A DNA stretch of 64,000 nt from an uncultured Gammaproteobacteria bacterium (GTDB lineage Bacteria > Patescibacteriota > Microgenomatia > Daviesbacterales > UBA10151): assembly GCA_964551605.1 (NCBI GenBank), contig CAZKCV010000001.1, forward strand, positions 136,898-200,897, read 5' to 3'. Of the stretch, positions 49,493 to 58,165 are shown piece by piece. Position 1 is the first letter of the stretch, and every line of letters starts with the position of its first letter. The notes below the pieces were generated by a model, which was not told the DNA's origin, did no database searches, and worked only from the letters and a program-made list of their open reading frames with translations. The position numbers and the translations under genes were made by a program.

Positions 49493-50215
49493 TTAAAAGT
49501 TTACCTTAATCCGGGCTGATTGGACAAACAATTGCTTTCCCTGACTGGACTTGACCTGGATGGTATAGGTTTTTTGGCCACCGGGAAGCTTAAAAGTACC
49601 GGAAGTTTGCAGGCTAAAAGTATTGCTGGTGGTGGAAACTTCCGAAGAGATGGCGCTGCCCTCAGTTACATTGTATAACCGGACATAACCGGTGCCGGCA
49701 AGCTCAGTCAGCCTCAGATTCACCTCCAGCTGCATACTGGTATAACCGGCATAACTGTCAGGATTTATGGAAGCCTGATATTCATTTAAGGTATTGTAGT
49801 CCTGGTCTGTCCAGGGCCCCCCTCCGGCGCCAAGCGGGATATACAGGGGCGACTTGGAAACGCTGGCAGGAGCCGGGGAGGCTTTCTCCAGGCTCGAAAC
49901 CCGGGCCTTTAGCTCTGTGACTGCAGATTCAAGATCCTTGACCTTGGAATCCAGGGAACCGGTTGTGGTATCGGATTTTGATGGCTTAAGGTTATTAACC
50001 TTTGATGCCAATTTGGCGACTATATCTTCCAGACTTTTTAGTCTATCTTCTGCGGTTGCCTCAGGCAAGGTCTTGGGGACCTCTATCGGGCCTTTGTCCG
50101 CTACTTGTTCTGTCTTGGCGGAAGGAGAACCGGGCTTACTTCCGGTAAGCCGCCAGTAACCAAGCCCGGCCACTATTAAAACAGGCACCAAAATAAAGGG
50201 CAGCAGTTTAATCAC
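49493..50215 (-). CDS. Membrane-anchored coiled-coil/beta-rich hypothetical protein (GC-rich)
   Basis: N-terminal TM, coiled-coil region, beta-rich C-terminus. Confidence 0.45.
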   Translation of the reverse strand: MIKLLPFILVPVLIVAGLGYWRLTGSKPGSPSAKTEQVADKGPIEVPKTLPEATAEDRLKSLEDIVAKLASKVNNLKPSKSDTTTGSLDSKVKDLESAVTELKARVSSLEKASPAPASVSKSPLYIPLGAGGGPWTDQDYNTLNEYQASINPDSYAGYTSMQLEVNLRLTELAGTGYVRLYNVTEGSAISSEVSTTSNTFSLQTSGTFKLPGGQKTYTIQVKSSQGKQLFVQSARIKVNF

Positions 50216-50239
50216 AAATTAATCATAACATATCCTCCT

Positions 50240-50959
50240 TTGCTTGACTTTAGAACCCATAGTATGATAAAATACGCACTTTGTACCAATATGAAAAAAC
50301 CTATACAATTTTTTGCCCTTATTCCTCTCACTCTTAGTTCCCTGTTAGGGTTTGACGCTAATCAGCAGCTTCTCAATCCTCTGGAGAAGAATCATTTGTT
50401 GGCTTACCGGGAGATGTCTTTGGATAACCGCCAGCCTGACAGGTTTGTTAATGATGTGTTTAAGAAAAACATCCTGCTGAATATGGCTTACCTGAGAGGC
50501 CGGGTAACCAAAGCGGCTGATATTAAATGGGAAGAGATGGAAAAACCATTTCAATATGAGTTTAAACTGGAGCCTAATAAGACCTTTGCCTTTCATTCAG
50601 ATGTAAAGGCTGAGTATCAGGAGCTATTGGTCAAAACCACTAATGCCCATTTTAATGCTGCTGAAGGATTTAAGACAGACGGCTATCTTTTTGGTGACGG
50701 AGTCTGTCATTTGGCTTCCATAATCAATTGGGCTGCCCGGGATGCCGGACTTTCAGTAGAAGCCCCCACCAGCCATGACTTTGCCGCGATTCCGGATGTA
50801 CCCAGGGAATACGGGGTATCTATTTACTCAAATCCCGCTGCCAAGGGCTCCAATATCCGACAAAACCTTTATATTACCAATAATAAAAGTAAGCCTATTT
50901 CCTTTAAGTTTGAGTATCGGGATAATAAACTCAAGGTATCAGTAGTTGAGCTAAATTAA
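50240..50959 (+). CDS. VanW-like family protein
   Basis: YLFGDGVCHLASIINWAARDAGL matches the VanW G-GVCQ..S..Y.A...AGL signature. Probable signal peptide starting at MKKPIQFF. Confidence 0.55.
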   Translation: MLDFRTHSMIKYALCTNMKKPIQFFALIPLTLSSLLGFDANQQLLNPLEKNHLLAYREMSLDNRQPDRFVNDVFKKNILLNMAYLRGRVTKAADIKWEEMEKPFQYEFKLEPNKTFAFHSDVKAEYQELLVKTTNAHFNAAEGFKTDGYLFGDGVCHLASIINWAARDAGLSVEAPTSHDFAAIPDVPREYGVSIYSNPAAKGSNIRQNLYITNNKSKPISFKFEYRDNKLKVSVVELN

Positions 50960-50994
50960 GTTATGTCAACTACATTCAGTTTACATGAACGTAG

Positions 50995-51501
50995 TCAACG
51001 GCCCACATTATCAGATTCAATTACCAACACCCAATCACCAATATCCAGTTCTTTTATTAGACTGCGGAGTTTATCTGTAACATTTTTCTTGGAGGCCCAG
51101 ACACTCTTTTGCCAAAGCTTAAAATCCCACATTTTTAATCTTCTCCGCAAAACATCACGCACCAACCGTTTGCTCTCAGGTACATCAAAGACCACAATCC
51201 TCCACTTTCCATCCCATTTAATTTCATCTTCAGGCTTTGAAAACAAAAGAAATTCCCGGCCGGCTTCTGTTAACCTTAAAATAATTTTGCCTGCATCTTT
51301 TTCTGTAGCTTGCTCTATAAACCCTTTCTCTCTTAACCTCTTAAGGGCCTGGGCTAAAGAAGCCTTTTTGAGTTCCGGAGCTCCATAATGGTAACGGTAG
51401 TGATGGTAAGCAAAATCCTCTAACCTGACATAACCATCAACCGCTTTTTCCAAAGCCAACAGGACTAATTTCCCAATACTTTCTTTTTTCCCCATATACA
51501 A
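50995..51501 (-). CDS. PaaX-family transcriptional regulator
   Basis: Winged-helix N-terminus plus the PaaX_C signature WDGKWRIVVFDVPESKRLVRDVLRRRL...VWAS. Confidence 0.65.
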   Translation of the reverse strand: MYMGKKESIGKLVLLALEKAVDGYVRLEDFAYHHYRYHYGAPELKKASLAQALKRLREKGFIEQATEKDAGKIILRLTEAGREFLLFSKPEDEIKWDGKWRIVVFDVPESKRLVRDVLRRRLKMWDFKLWQKSVWASKKNVTDKLRSLIKELDIGDWVLVIESDNVGR

Positions 51502-51574
51502 AACATACCACGATCGTTGTATATCTTGTCAATAATGCTTTACAAATGTGTATACTCTATCCTAATATGAAACT

Positions 51575-52909
51575 ATGCCTCAAAAAAGTACCATACCAGT
51601 AAATCCCCACCAGGAACACCATGACCACAAGACCCTAAAATTCCCGGACGGGTTTTTATGGGGCTCAGCCACCAGTGCCCATCAGGTAGAAGGTAATAAT
51701 GTATACAGTGACTGGTGGCGGTGGGAATCCCTCCCCGGCCATGCCAGGTCAGGACAAGCATGCAATCAATATGAGCTTTACGAACAGGACTTTGACCTGA
51801 TTAAAAGCTTAAACCACAATGCCCACCGGCTTTCCCTGGAATGGGCAAGAATCGAACCAAAAGAAGGTGAATTTGACTTTAGCGCCATTGAGCACTATAA
51901 ACAGGTCTTTTCAGCCCTTAAAAAACGGGGCTTAAAGGTCATGTTGACTTTATGGCACTTTACCCTGCCACAATGGGTAGCAGATAAAGGCGGCTGGGAG
52001 TCCGGCAGAACCGTGAAATACTTTGAGCGGTTTGTTAAAAAAATTGTCCCGGAGATAGCCGGATATGTTGATTTCTGGATTACCCTTAACGAACCCGGAG
52101 TATATATCTATGAAACATATATAGCAAGAATCTGGCCTCATTCAAAAAAAAGCCGGTTCGGACAGCTTAAAACTTTCCTAAACCTGGTGACTGCCCATAA
52201 AAAAGTCTATAAATACCTGCATTCAGCCACCAAGGCCCCGGTGGGAATTGCCAACAATATCCTCTCTTTCCAGTCTTATCATAAACATTCTTTTAAGGAG
52301 CAGATTGCCGTCTCAATTAATGACCTGTTTGTAAACCATTTGTTTTATATGTTTACCAAGGGCAAACATGATTTCCTGGGGATCAATTATTACTTTCATA
52401 TCCGTTTTAAGAATGATGACTTAATAGCCAGGGAGGAGCATCTGGGTGAACAGGTCCGCGAGGTTTCGGATCTCGGATGGGAGATTTATCCCGAAGGGAT
52501 TTTTGAAGTGCTGACTGACCTGGCTGACGGTATTCCTATTTATATTACCGAATGCGGAATTGCCTCTACCAATGATGACAGAAGAAACCGCTTCCTGATT
52601 TCGTACCTCCAGGAAGTAGCCAGGGCTATCAGATCCGGGGTTAATGTCAAAGGCTTTTTTTACTGGTCACTTTTGGATAATTTTGAATGGCACTTGGGGT
52701 TTGAACCTAAGTTTGGCCTGGTAGAGGTGGATTTTAAGACCCAGGCCAGGAAAATTAGGCCTTCCGCCTTAGTGTATACAGATATTATTCAACATAACGG
52801 AATTCCCCATTCCCTGCTGAGATTTCTCGGGCACACCATCCAGGCAGAAGAGGTGTTGGAAAAGAGGCTTAAAGAGATAGAAAAAGAGATTGATTTGAAA
52901 ACTAAATAA
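51575..52909 (+). CDS. Glycoside hydrolase family 1 beta-glucosidase
   Basis: FLWGSATSAHQVEGNN motif, acid/base TLNEP, nucleophile ITECG. Confidence 0.85.
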   Translation: MPQKSTIPVNPHQEHHDHKTLKFPDGFLWGSATSAHQVEGNNVYSDWWRWESLPGHARSGQACNQYELYEQDFDLIKSLNHNAHRLSLEWARIEPKEGEFDFSAIEHYKQVFSALKKRGLKVMLTLWHFTLPQWVADKGGWESGRTVKYFERFVKKIVPEIAGYVDFWITLNEPGVYIYETYIARIWPHSKKSRFGQLKTFLNLVTAHKKVYKYLHSATKAPVGIANNILSFQSYHKHSFKEQIAVSINDLFVNHLFYMFTKGKHDFLGINYYFHIRFKNDDLIAREEHLGEQVREVSDLGWEIYPEGIFEVLTDLADGIPIYITECGIASTNDDRRNRFLISYLQEVARAIRSGVNVKGFFYWSLLDNFEWHLGFEPKFGLVEVDFKTQARKIRPSALVYTDIIQHNGIPHSLLRFLGHTIQAEEVLEKRLKEIEKEIDLKTK

Positions 52910-52916
52910 AATTATT

Positions 52917-52984
52917 GTCATTCTGAGCGAAGCGAAGAATATAACTTAATGATTATATCCTTCGGCTAATCGCCTCAGGATGAC
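52917..52984. repeat. Family B palindromic element (gtcattctgagcgaagcgaagaat ... cgcctcaggatgac) at the GH1/EamA junction
   Basis: Imperfect terminal inverted repeat gtcattctgagcg / cgcctcaggatgac. A related copy lies at 47947-47980. Confidence 0.6.
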
Positions 52985-53957
52985 AGGGATTATGAATCAT
53001 TTACCATTTACCCTTACTGCCTACCTTTTGAATGCCCTGGCGGTTTTAGCCAATAAATTTTTGCTTAATAAAGCCATCCCCGACCCTTTAGTGTATGTTT
53101 TTTATATCAGCGTTGTCTCTTTATTTGCAGTTTTAGTCCTACCCTTTACCAATACCCCGGCCCTTTCCACTTTTTATCTGGCATCAGTTTCTACCGTTCT
53201 TTGGACGCTGGGTGCCTATTTCATGTTTAAAGCCCTAAAATTAGGCAATGTTTCGCGGGTGATTCCGATTATCGGTACCCTGATTCCCCTGTTTTTGCTT
53301 ATCTTTGCGGTGGGAACCGGAACTATTACTACTACTCAAACCTGGGCAGTCTGGTTTTTGGTAGCCGGTATTGTATTTTTAACTATTACAGATTGGCAGG
53401 CCCGCCTGCCAGCGCCTGAGCGCCCGCCTGCCACGACTGTGGCATGTCGGGCAGGCAGCGATGGCGGGCAGGGGAAATTCAGTATCAGGGAAATTGTATT
53501 TGAACTGCTTTCAGCCGGCCTTTTTGCCGTCTCCTATGTTTTCTTAAGACAGGCTTATTTAAGCTTGGACTTTTTCTCAGTCCTGATCTGGTCCAGATTG
53601 ATCCTGCTGCCTCTTTGTTTAATTATGCTGATTATCCCGGCTTTAAGAAGAAAAATTATCACCTCAAATGGCCTAAAAATTAACTTTTTTTCTAAACCCG
53701 GCTTGGTGTTCCTGGGCGGACAATTAAGCGGCGCCTCCTCAGAGTTTCTACTGCTCTTTTCCATTTCCTTGGCTAACCCAGCCTTAGTCAATTCCCTACA
53801 AGGCACCCAATACGTCTTTTTACTGATCTTTGCTTTAGTCTTAGGCCGGGAATACCCAAAAGTTTTTGAAGAAAAATATACCTTCAAAGAGTTAATAGTA
53901 AAAGTTATCGGGATTGGACTTCTGAGCTTTGGGATCTACCTGCTGGCCGCTACTTGA
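52980..53957 (+). CDS. EamA/DMT-family transporter with a GC-rich in-frame palindromic insertion
   Basis: 10 TM helices in two EamA-like halves. The central loop ARLPAPERPPATTVACRAGSDGGQG is encoded by a GC-rich palindrome. Confidence 0.6.
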   Translation: MTGIMNHLPFTLTAYLLNALAVLANKFLLNKAIPDPLVYVFYISVVSLFAVLVLPFTNTPALSTFYLASVSTVLWTLGAYFMFKALKLGNVSRVIPIIGTLIPLFLLIFAVGTGTITTTQTWAVWFLVAGIVFLTITDWQARLPAPERPPATTVACRAGSDGGQGKFSIREIVFELLSAGLFAVSYVFLRQAYLSLDFFSVLIWSRLILLPLCLIMLIIPALRRKIITSNGLKINFFSKPGLVFLGGQLSGASSEFLLLFSISLANPALVNSLQGTQYVFLLIFALVLGREYPKVFEEKYTFKELIVKVIGIGLLSFGIYLLAAT

Positions 53958-54117
53958 CATAAAAGTGATACAATTATGTAATGAAAAATCCCGCTCCAAG
54001 GCAGAAATAGCAAAACTCATGAAGAAACTGGATAAGATCGCGGCAGAGAATGCCAAATATACAAAAGGTTTTGATTCTGTTAAAGCCTTAAGGGAAATAC
54101 GCTATCAAGACCAATGA
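53958..54117 (+). pseudogene. Antitoxin-like small ORF (remnant TA module)
   Basis: About 33-52 codons. ATGA overlap with the downstream PIN fragment. Confidence 0.3.
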
Positions 54118-54233
54118 TTATAGCCGTATACGCAGTTTTGGCAAAAGAGAAAAAATGTCCTTTGATCACAGCTGATGAAAAGTTTGTCGGTGCTGTCAAA
54201 TTATCCTTTGTCAAAAACCTGCAGGATTATTAA
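54114..54233 (+). pseudogene. PIN-domain toxin C-terminal fragment
   Basis: 39 codons. AVLAKEKKCPLITADEKF resembles the C-terminal strand/helix of VapC. Too short to be functional. Confidence 0.4.
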
Positions 54234-54234
54234 C

Positions 54235-54528
54235 TTATGGAAAGTCCGGTTTGGGGTTTAGTTTCTGTCTGAGAGCTTCGCTTTCCGCCTTATCTTGCGC
54301 TGTTTGAACTTCTTGAGCTTTAACTCTTTGGTCTCTTAAATTCATCAATCCAGAACTTTCTTGTGATGGGATGCCGGCTGAACTGGCACCCAAATCGCGG
54401 TTATCTAAGTCTGCTAAAGCACCGGCGACTGCTTTTATTCCGAATGCGCTCGCTAATATAAACAAAACTACAAATCCCGCTCTAATAAGTTTTTCTTTTG
54501 TGTCCGGTCCAGGTTTCAATCTTTCCAT
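54235..54528 (-). CDS. Small membrane-anchored hypothetical protein
   Basis: 97 aa, one TM. Confidence 0.35.
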   Translation of the reverse strand: MERLKPGPDTKEKLIRAGFVVLFILASAFGIKAVAGALADLDNRDLGASSAGIPSQESSGLMNLRDQRVKAQEVQTAQDKAESEALRQKLNPKPDFP

Positions 54529-54567
54529 TAGAATAATATTCTACACTATGGGACTTTGCTTGTCAAG

Positions 54568-55815
54568 TCAATCGCTATATTTAACTCCGAACTTATTGGA
54601 AAACCTGTTGGCAGATCCAAGAACCGTATTTACTTGGGTAGCATCACCATTCCATTTAGCCAAGGATTTCCTCCTAAAATCAACTGTTACCGGTTCCTTT
54701 CCCACTGTGTATCCTATCCGCCAATCCCCGTTGCCTAAATTTTCGCTTTGGGCTATATGCACTTCTGAACCGATGGCTCCCCAGGTCACATGAAACAAAA
54801 TAAAGTCCTCTTTGACGTCCTTTAATAAATTTATCATCTCCAACGCTTTCCCAGGCATAAATTGTGGTCCGATGGCTCCTCCACTGATTGTGCCAGGAAC
54901 ATCCCGAGGCCATGTGGAGCCCGGAATGTTAGCAGCCATATATTTTAACCCCCCTGTCATCTTCTCTTGTATTCGGCAAATTTCCTCAAGCTGTTCTTTG
55001 GCACCACTGAAAACATCGTAATTAATTTGAGATAAAGCCGGTAAAGTACCAATATTGGTAAATCCGACTGTCTCATACATCATAAGCTTTGCTAAACCAC
55101 CTACATTCATCATTAAATCTTCCGCTCTCGGATTGCCTCTTAACCTATCTGGTATATCCAACGGATTTTCAGGATCAAAGAGATCCGGCCTAAACTTTTC
55201 CCCAGATTTATCAAGCAGCTTTTGGATAATATCTCTGGCTCTTTTGTAGGCATCAAGAGAAATTCCCATTACCTCTGGGTAAATACCCTCCTCCTTACAC
55301 CAAGCCAGGAGCTCCTCGGGCACCTTAGCCAAACGTTTATCAACCCCTGATTGCCGAATTTCATAACGCTTATTTAGCAGGTCAATCCTCAAATCAGGAT
55401 CAACTACTACCCACAAACCCCGGTCTACTTGTTCCAAAGTCTTAGCTCTTTCGGAATAAACCTGCTCAGTCTTTTCCCTTTCCGGTGTGCCTAGCGGTAA
55501 ACTAAGAGTCTTATTAAGAAAGTCTGTATCGGAAAGAGTCTCCAGGCCGGTTGGTTTTTCCTGTGTTTGAACTTGTTTTGGAGACGTTATGGCAGTAGGT
55601 TTTTGGGCTTCAGGAACTCTAGGATTCTTTCCCTCCTTAGAGCCAGCTTGTATAGCGGTTGTTAAAACAAGTCCCGCACCAGCCATCCCGAGTAACCCCA
55701 CAAGTCCCCTTCGGCTTATTCTGCCCCGTTCGTCAAATGATCTCTTCGGCAAAGCGGCTTTGGGAACAGACTGGGGGCGGTCCGGACTATCCTTCATAAG
55801 ACTACGATACCACAA
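54568..55815 (-). CDS. Secreted hypothetical protein with Tat-like signal
   Basis: SRRGLVGLLGMAGAGLV twin-arginine-like N-terminus. No catalytic motif recognised. Confidence 0.45.
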   Translation of the reverse strand: MWYRSLMKDSPDRPQSVPKAALPKRSFDERGRISRRGLVGLLGMAGAGLVLTTAIQAGSKEGKNPRVPEAQKPTAITSPKQVQTQEKPTGLETLSDTDFLNKTLSLPLGTPEREKTEQVYSERAKTLEQVDRGLWVVVDPDLRIDLLNKRYEIRQSGVDKRLAKVPEELLAWCKEEGIYPEVMGISLDAYKRARDIIQKLLDKSGEKFRPDLFDPENPLDIPDRLRGNPRAEDLMMNVGGLAKLMMYETVGFTNIGTLPALSQINYDVFSGAKEQLEEICRIQEKMTGGLKYMAANIPGSTWPRDVPGTISGGAIGPQFMPGKALEMINLLKDVKEDFILFHVTWGAIGSEVHIAQSENLGNGDWRIGYTVGKEPVTVDFRRKSLAKWNGDATQVNTVLGSANRFSNKFGVKYSD

Positions 55816-56017
55816 TCTTCCCTCTTGTGGATAATAAATAAATCTTTTACAATGCGGCTAGAATCTGTCTGCTGTCCTTTAAGCTAAAAAATTTATGCCC
55901 GGGGGACGAAAGAAAAAAACTACTGTTATACCACTGCTATCCCTTATTCTTTCTTTGGTTAAAATTATCCTGGTTAAAATAGGTAACGTGCCGCTTCGTG
56001 TGCTTCAATTTATAATT

Positions 56018-56105
56018 TACAATGTACAATGTACAATTCAGATCCTTCCAAAAATTCTACATTCTACATTCTACATTCTACATTTTGTGCGGCACAGCCG
56101 CACAA
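56018..56105 (+). promoter_or_regulatory. Heptamer tandem repeats (tacaatg)x2-3 and (ctacatt)x4 plus a 9-bp-stem hairpin overlapping the PBP1A GTG start
   Basis: ttataatttacaatgtacaatgtacaat ... ctacatt x4 (56058-56085), then ttgtgcggc-aca-gccgcacaa (56085-56105). Confidence 0.5.
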
Positions 56106-58159
56106 GAGGCCGGCCCAAAAAATTCCGCTTATCTTCCCGGGTTAAAATTGCCCTGGCAGGAGGCCTTTTTGCCGCTTTTGTTTTCTCCTATACCTTTTTT
56201 ATCCTGGCAGCTGCCTATCAGTTGCCCACTCCGACCAAGCTGACAGCTCCCAATAAATCCCTTACCACCGAAGTCTATGACCGAAACGGCATCCTGTTGT
56301 ACCGGTTTTACGAGGGCAGCAACCGCACCCTGGTTAACTTAAGTGATATTCCGGACAACATGATTCGGGCCACTATTGCCATTGAAGACCAGAATTTCTA
56401 CCACCATATCGGCATTGACATCCCGGCCATCATCCGGGCCGTTTATAGAAACGCCACCACCGGCAGCAGGGAAGGAGCTTCTACTATCACTCAGCAGCTA
56501 ATTAAAAACTCACTGCTGACCCCGGAGCGGACTTATGTCCGGAAAATCCGGGAAATGACCCTGGCGCTTTGGACAGAACGGATTTATTCCAAAGAAGAAA
56601 TCCTGCAGATGTATTTTAATGAAACCTCCTACGGCGGGGTTAATGTCGGCATCGGGGCCGCCGCCCGCACTTATTTCGGCAAAATCCCCAAGGAGCTAAC
56701 CCTGGCGGAGAGTGCTTACCTGGCCGGGCTGCCGGCTTCCCCCACCCAGTTTTCCCCTTACGGCTCGCGGTCAGACCTGGCTAAAATGCGGCAAAAACAG
56801 GTCCTGGACCGGATGGTGGAGGAAAAATATATTACCAAAGCTAAAGCTGATGAAGCCTTTACCCAAAAATTAAACATTAAACCGCTGGCAAGTAACATCC
56901 TGGCCCCCCATTTTGTCTTTTATGTCAGGGATTTACTGATAGAGCGGTTTGGCGCCCGGCTGGTTTCACAGGGAGGCTTAAAGATTTATACCAGCTTAGA
57001 TTTGGGACTGCAGGAAAAAGTAGAGGAAATTGTCAGAAAAGAGGTTGACCAGTTAAAAGGCTTAAATGTCACCAATGGCGCGGCCATGGTGATGGACAGC
57101 CAAACCGGGCAGATCCTGGCTATGGTGGGCTCCCGGGATTACCACTATCCCGGCTACGGCAATTACAATGCCACCTTAGCGCTTCGCCAGCCCGGCTCTT
57201 CCATCAAACCGGTCACTTATGCAGTGGCCCTGTCCAAAGGCTACAACCCCGGCAGCATTTTATTGGATACGCCGGTAGTATTTAAGGATGAGTGGGGCAA
57301 TGCCTATGCGCCGGTTAACTATGACGGCCGCTACCGGGGACCGGTCACCTTAAGGCAAGCTTTGGGCAGCTCACTTAATACCCCGGCAGTCAAAGTCCTG
57401 GCCGCAGTCGGCATTGATGAGTTTGCCAAAACTGCCCGGGATTTAGGTCTTACCACGATTGATAACCCGGAACGTTTCGGCCTGGCTTTGACATTAGGCG
57501 CAGCTGAAGTCAAGATGATTGAGATGATGGGCATGTACGGAACCTTTGCCGCAAACGGCCGCTACCGCGAACCAACCGGCATCCTGAAAGTAACCAACTC
57601 AGATGGCCAAACCCTGGAAGAATACCGGGACCACCCGCGCCAGGCCATTGACCCGGAAATTGCCTATACCATTACCAACATTCTGGCTGATGATGAGGCC
57701 AGGAAATTGGCTTTTGGCCCTAAATCCCTGCTGTATATTCCGGGTTATGAGGTACCGGTTAAAACCGGCACTTCGGATTGGAAAAGGGATAATGTCACTT
57801 ACGGCTATACCCCCAAATATGTAGTCGGAGCCTGGGTGGGCAATCCGGATAATCAACCGGCCAACCAGGCACTGACCTCCGGTATCACCGGGGCGGCCCC
57901 GATCTGGAATAAAATCATGCATGAGCTTTTAGACGGAACAACACCCCTAGCTTTTCAGAAGCCGGACGGAGTGGCTGATATTACAGTCTCCGGAAAAAAG
58001 GACCTGGAACTTAAGAAGAAAGTCCCTAAAGAAATGGTCCGGATTAAAAAGGATAAAGACCAGGTTATTTTCCAGGATAAATACTCCACCTATGCCACTT
58101 CCGCCGCCCAACCGGATCAGCAGGCTAATCAGGCTATTCCAGAACAACCCAACCTCTGA
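56087..58159 (+). CDS. Penicillin-binding protein 1A (GT51 transglycosylase plus transpeptidase), GC-rich
   Basis: Transglycosylase motif RATIAIEDQNFYHHIGID and transpeptidase motifs SSIKP, SLN, KTGT. Start placed at the in-frame GTG 56087 before the canonical basic-TM N-terminus. Confidence 0.8.
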   Translation: MRHSRTRGRPKKFRLSSRVKIALAGGLFAAFVFSYTFFILAAAYQLPTPTKLTAPNKSLTTEVYDRNGILLYRFYEGSNRTLVNLSDIPDNMIRATIAIEDQNFYHHIGIDIPAIIRAVYRNATTGSREGASTITQQLIKNSLLTPERTYVRKIREMTLALWTERIYSKEEILQMYFNETSYGGVNVGIGAAARTYFGKIPKELTLAESAYLAGLPASPTQFSPYGSRSDLAKMRQKQVLDRMVEEKYITKAKADEAFTQKLNIKPLASNILAPHFVFYVRDLLIERFGARLVSQGGLKIYTSLDLGLQEKVEEIVRKEVDQLKGLNVTNGAAMVMDSQTGQILAMVGSRDYHYPGYGNYNATLALRQPGSSIKPVTYAVALSKGYNPGSILLDTPVVFKDEWGNAYAPVNYDGRYRGPVTLRQALGSSLNTPAVKVLAAVGIDEFAKTARDLGLTTIDNPERFGLALTLGAAEVKMIEMMGMYGTFAANGRYREPTGILKVTNSDGQTLEEYRDHPRQAIDPEIAYTITNILADDEARKLAFGPKSLLYIPGYEVPVKTGTSDWKRDNVTYGYTPKYVVGAWVGNPDNQPANQALTSGITGAAPIWNKIMHELLDGTTPLAFQKPDGVADITVSGKKDLELKKKVPKEMVRIKKDKDQVIFQDKYSTYATSAAQPDQQANQAIPEQPNL

Positions 58160-58165
58160 GGTCTT

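Noticed and set aside
50995-51501. Cas2-like protein
   Set aside because: The WRIVVFDVPE...VWAS segment initially resembled Cas2. It matches the PaaX C-terminal domain signature better, the protein has a winged-helix N-terminus, and there is no cas1 or array nearby.
55895-56086. Upstream ATG start for PBP1A giving a protein with two N-terminal TM segments
   Set aside because: Two TM helices would place the transglycosylase and transpeptidase domains in the cytoplasm. The segment after the in-frame GTG at 56087 is a canonical basic-TM PBP1A N-terminus. I therefore treat the upstream 64 codons as leader or an ORF-caller artefact, and keep it open as a phase-variation hypothesis in the findings.
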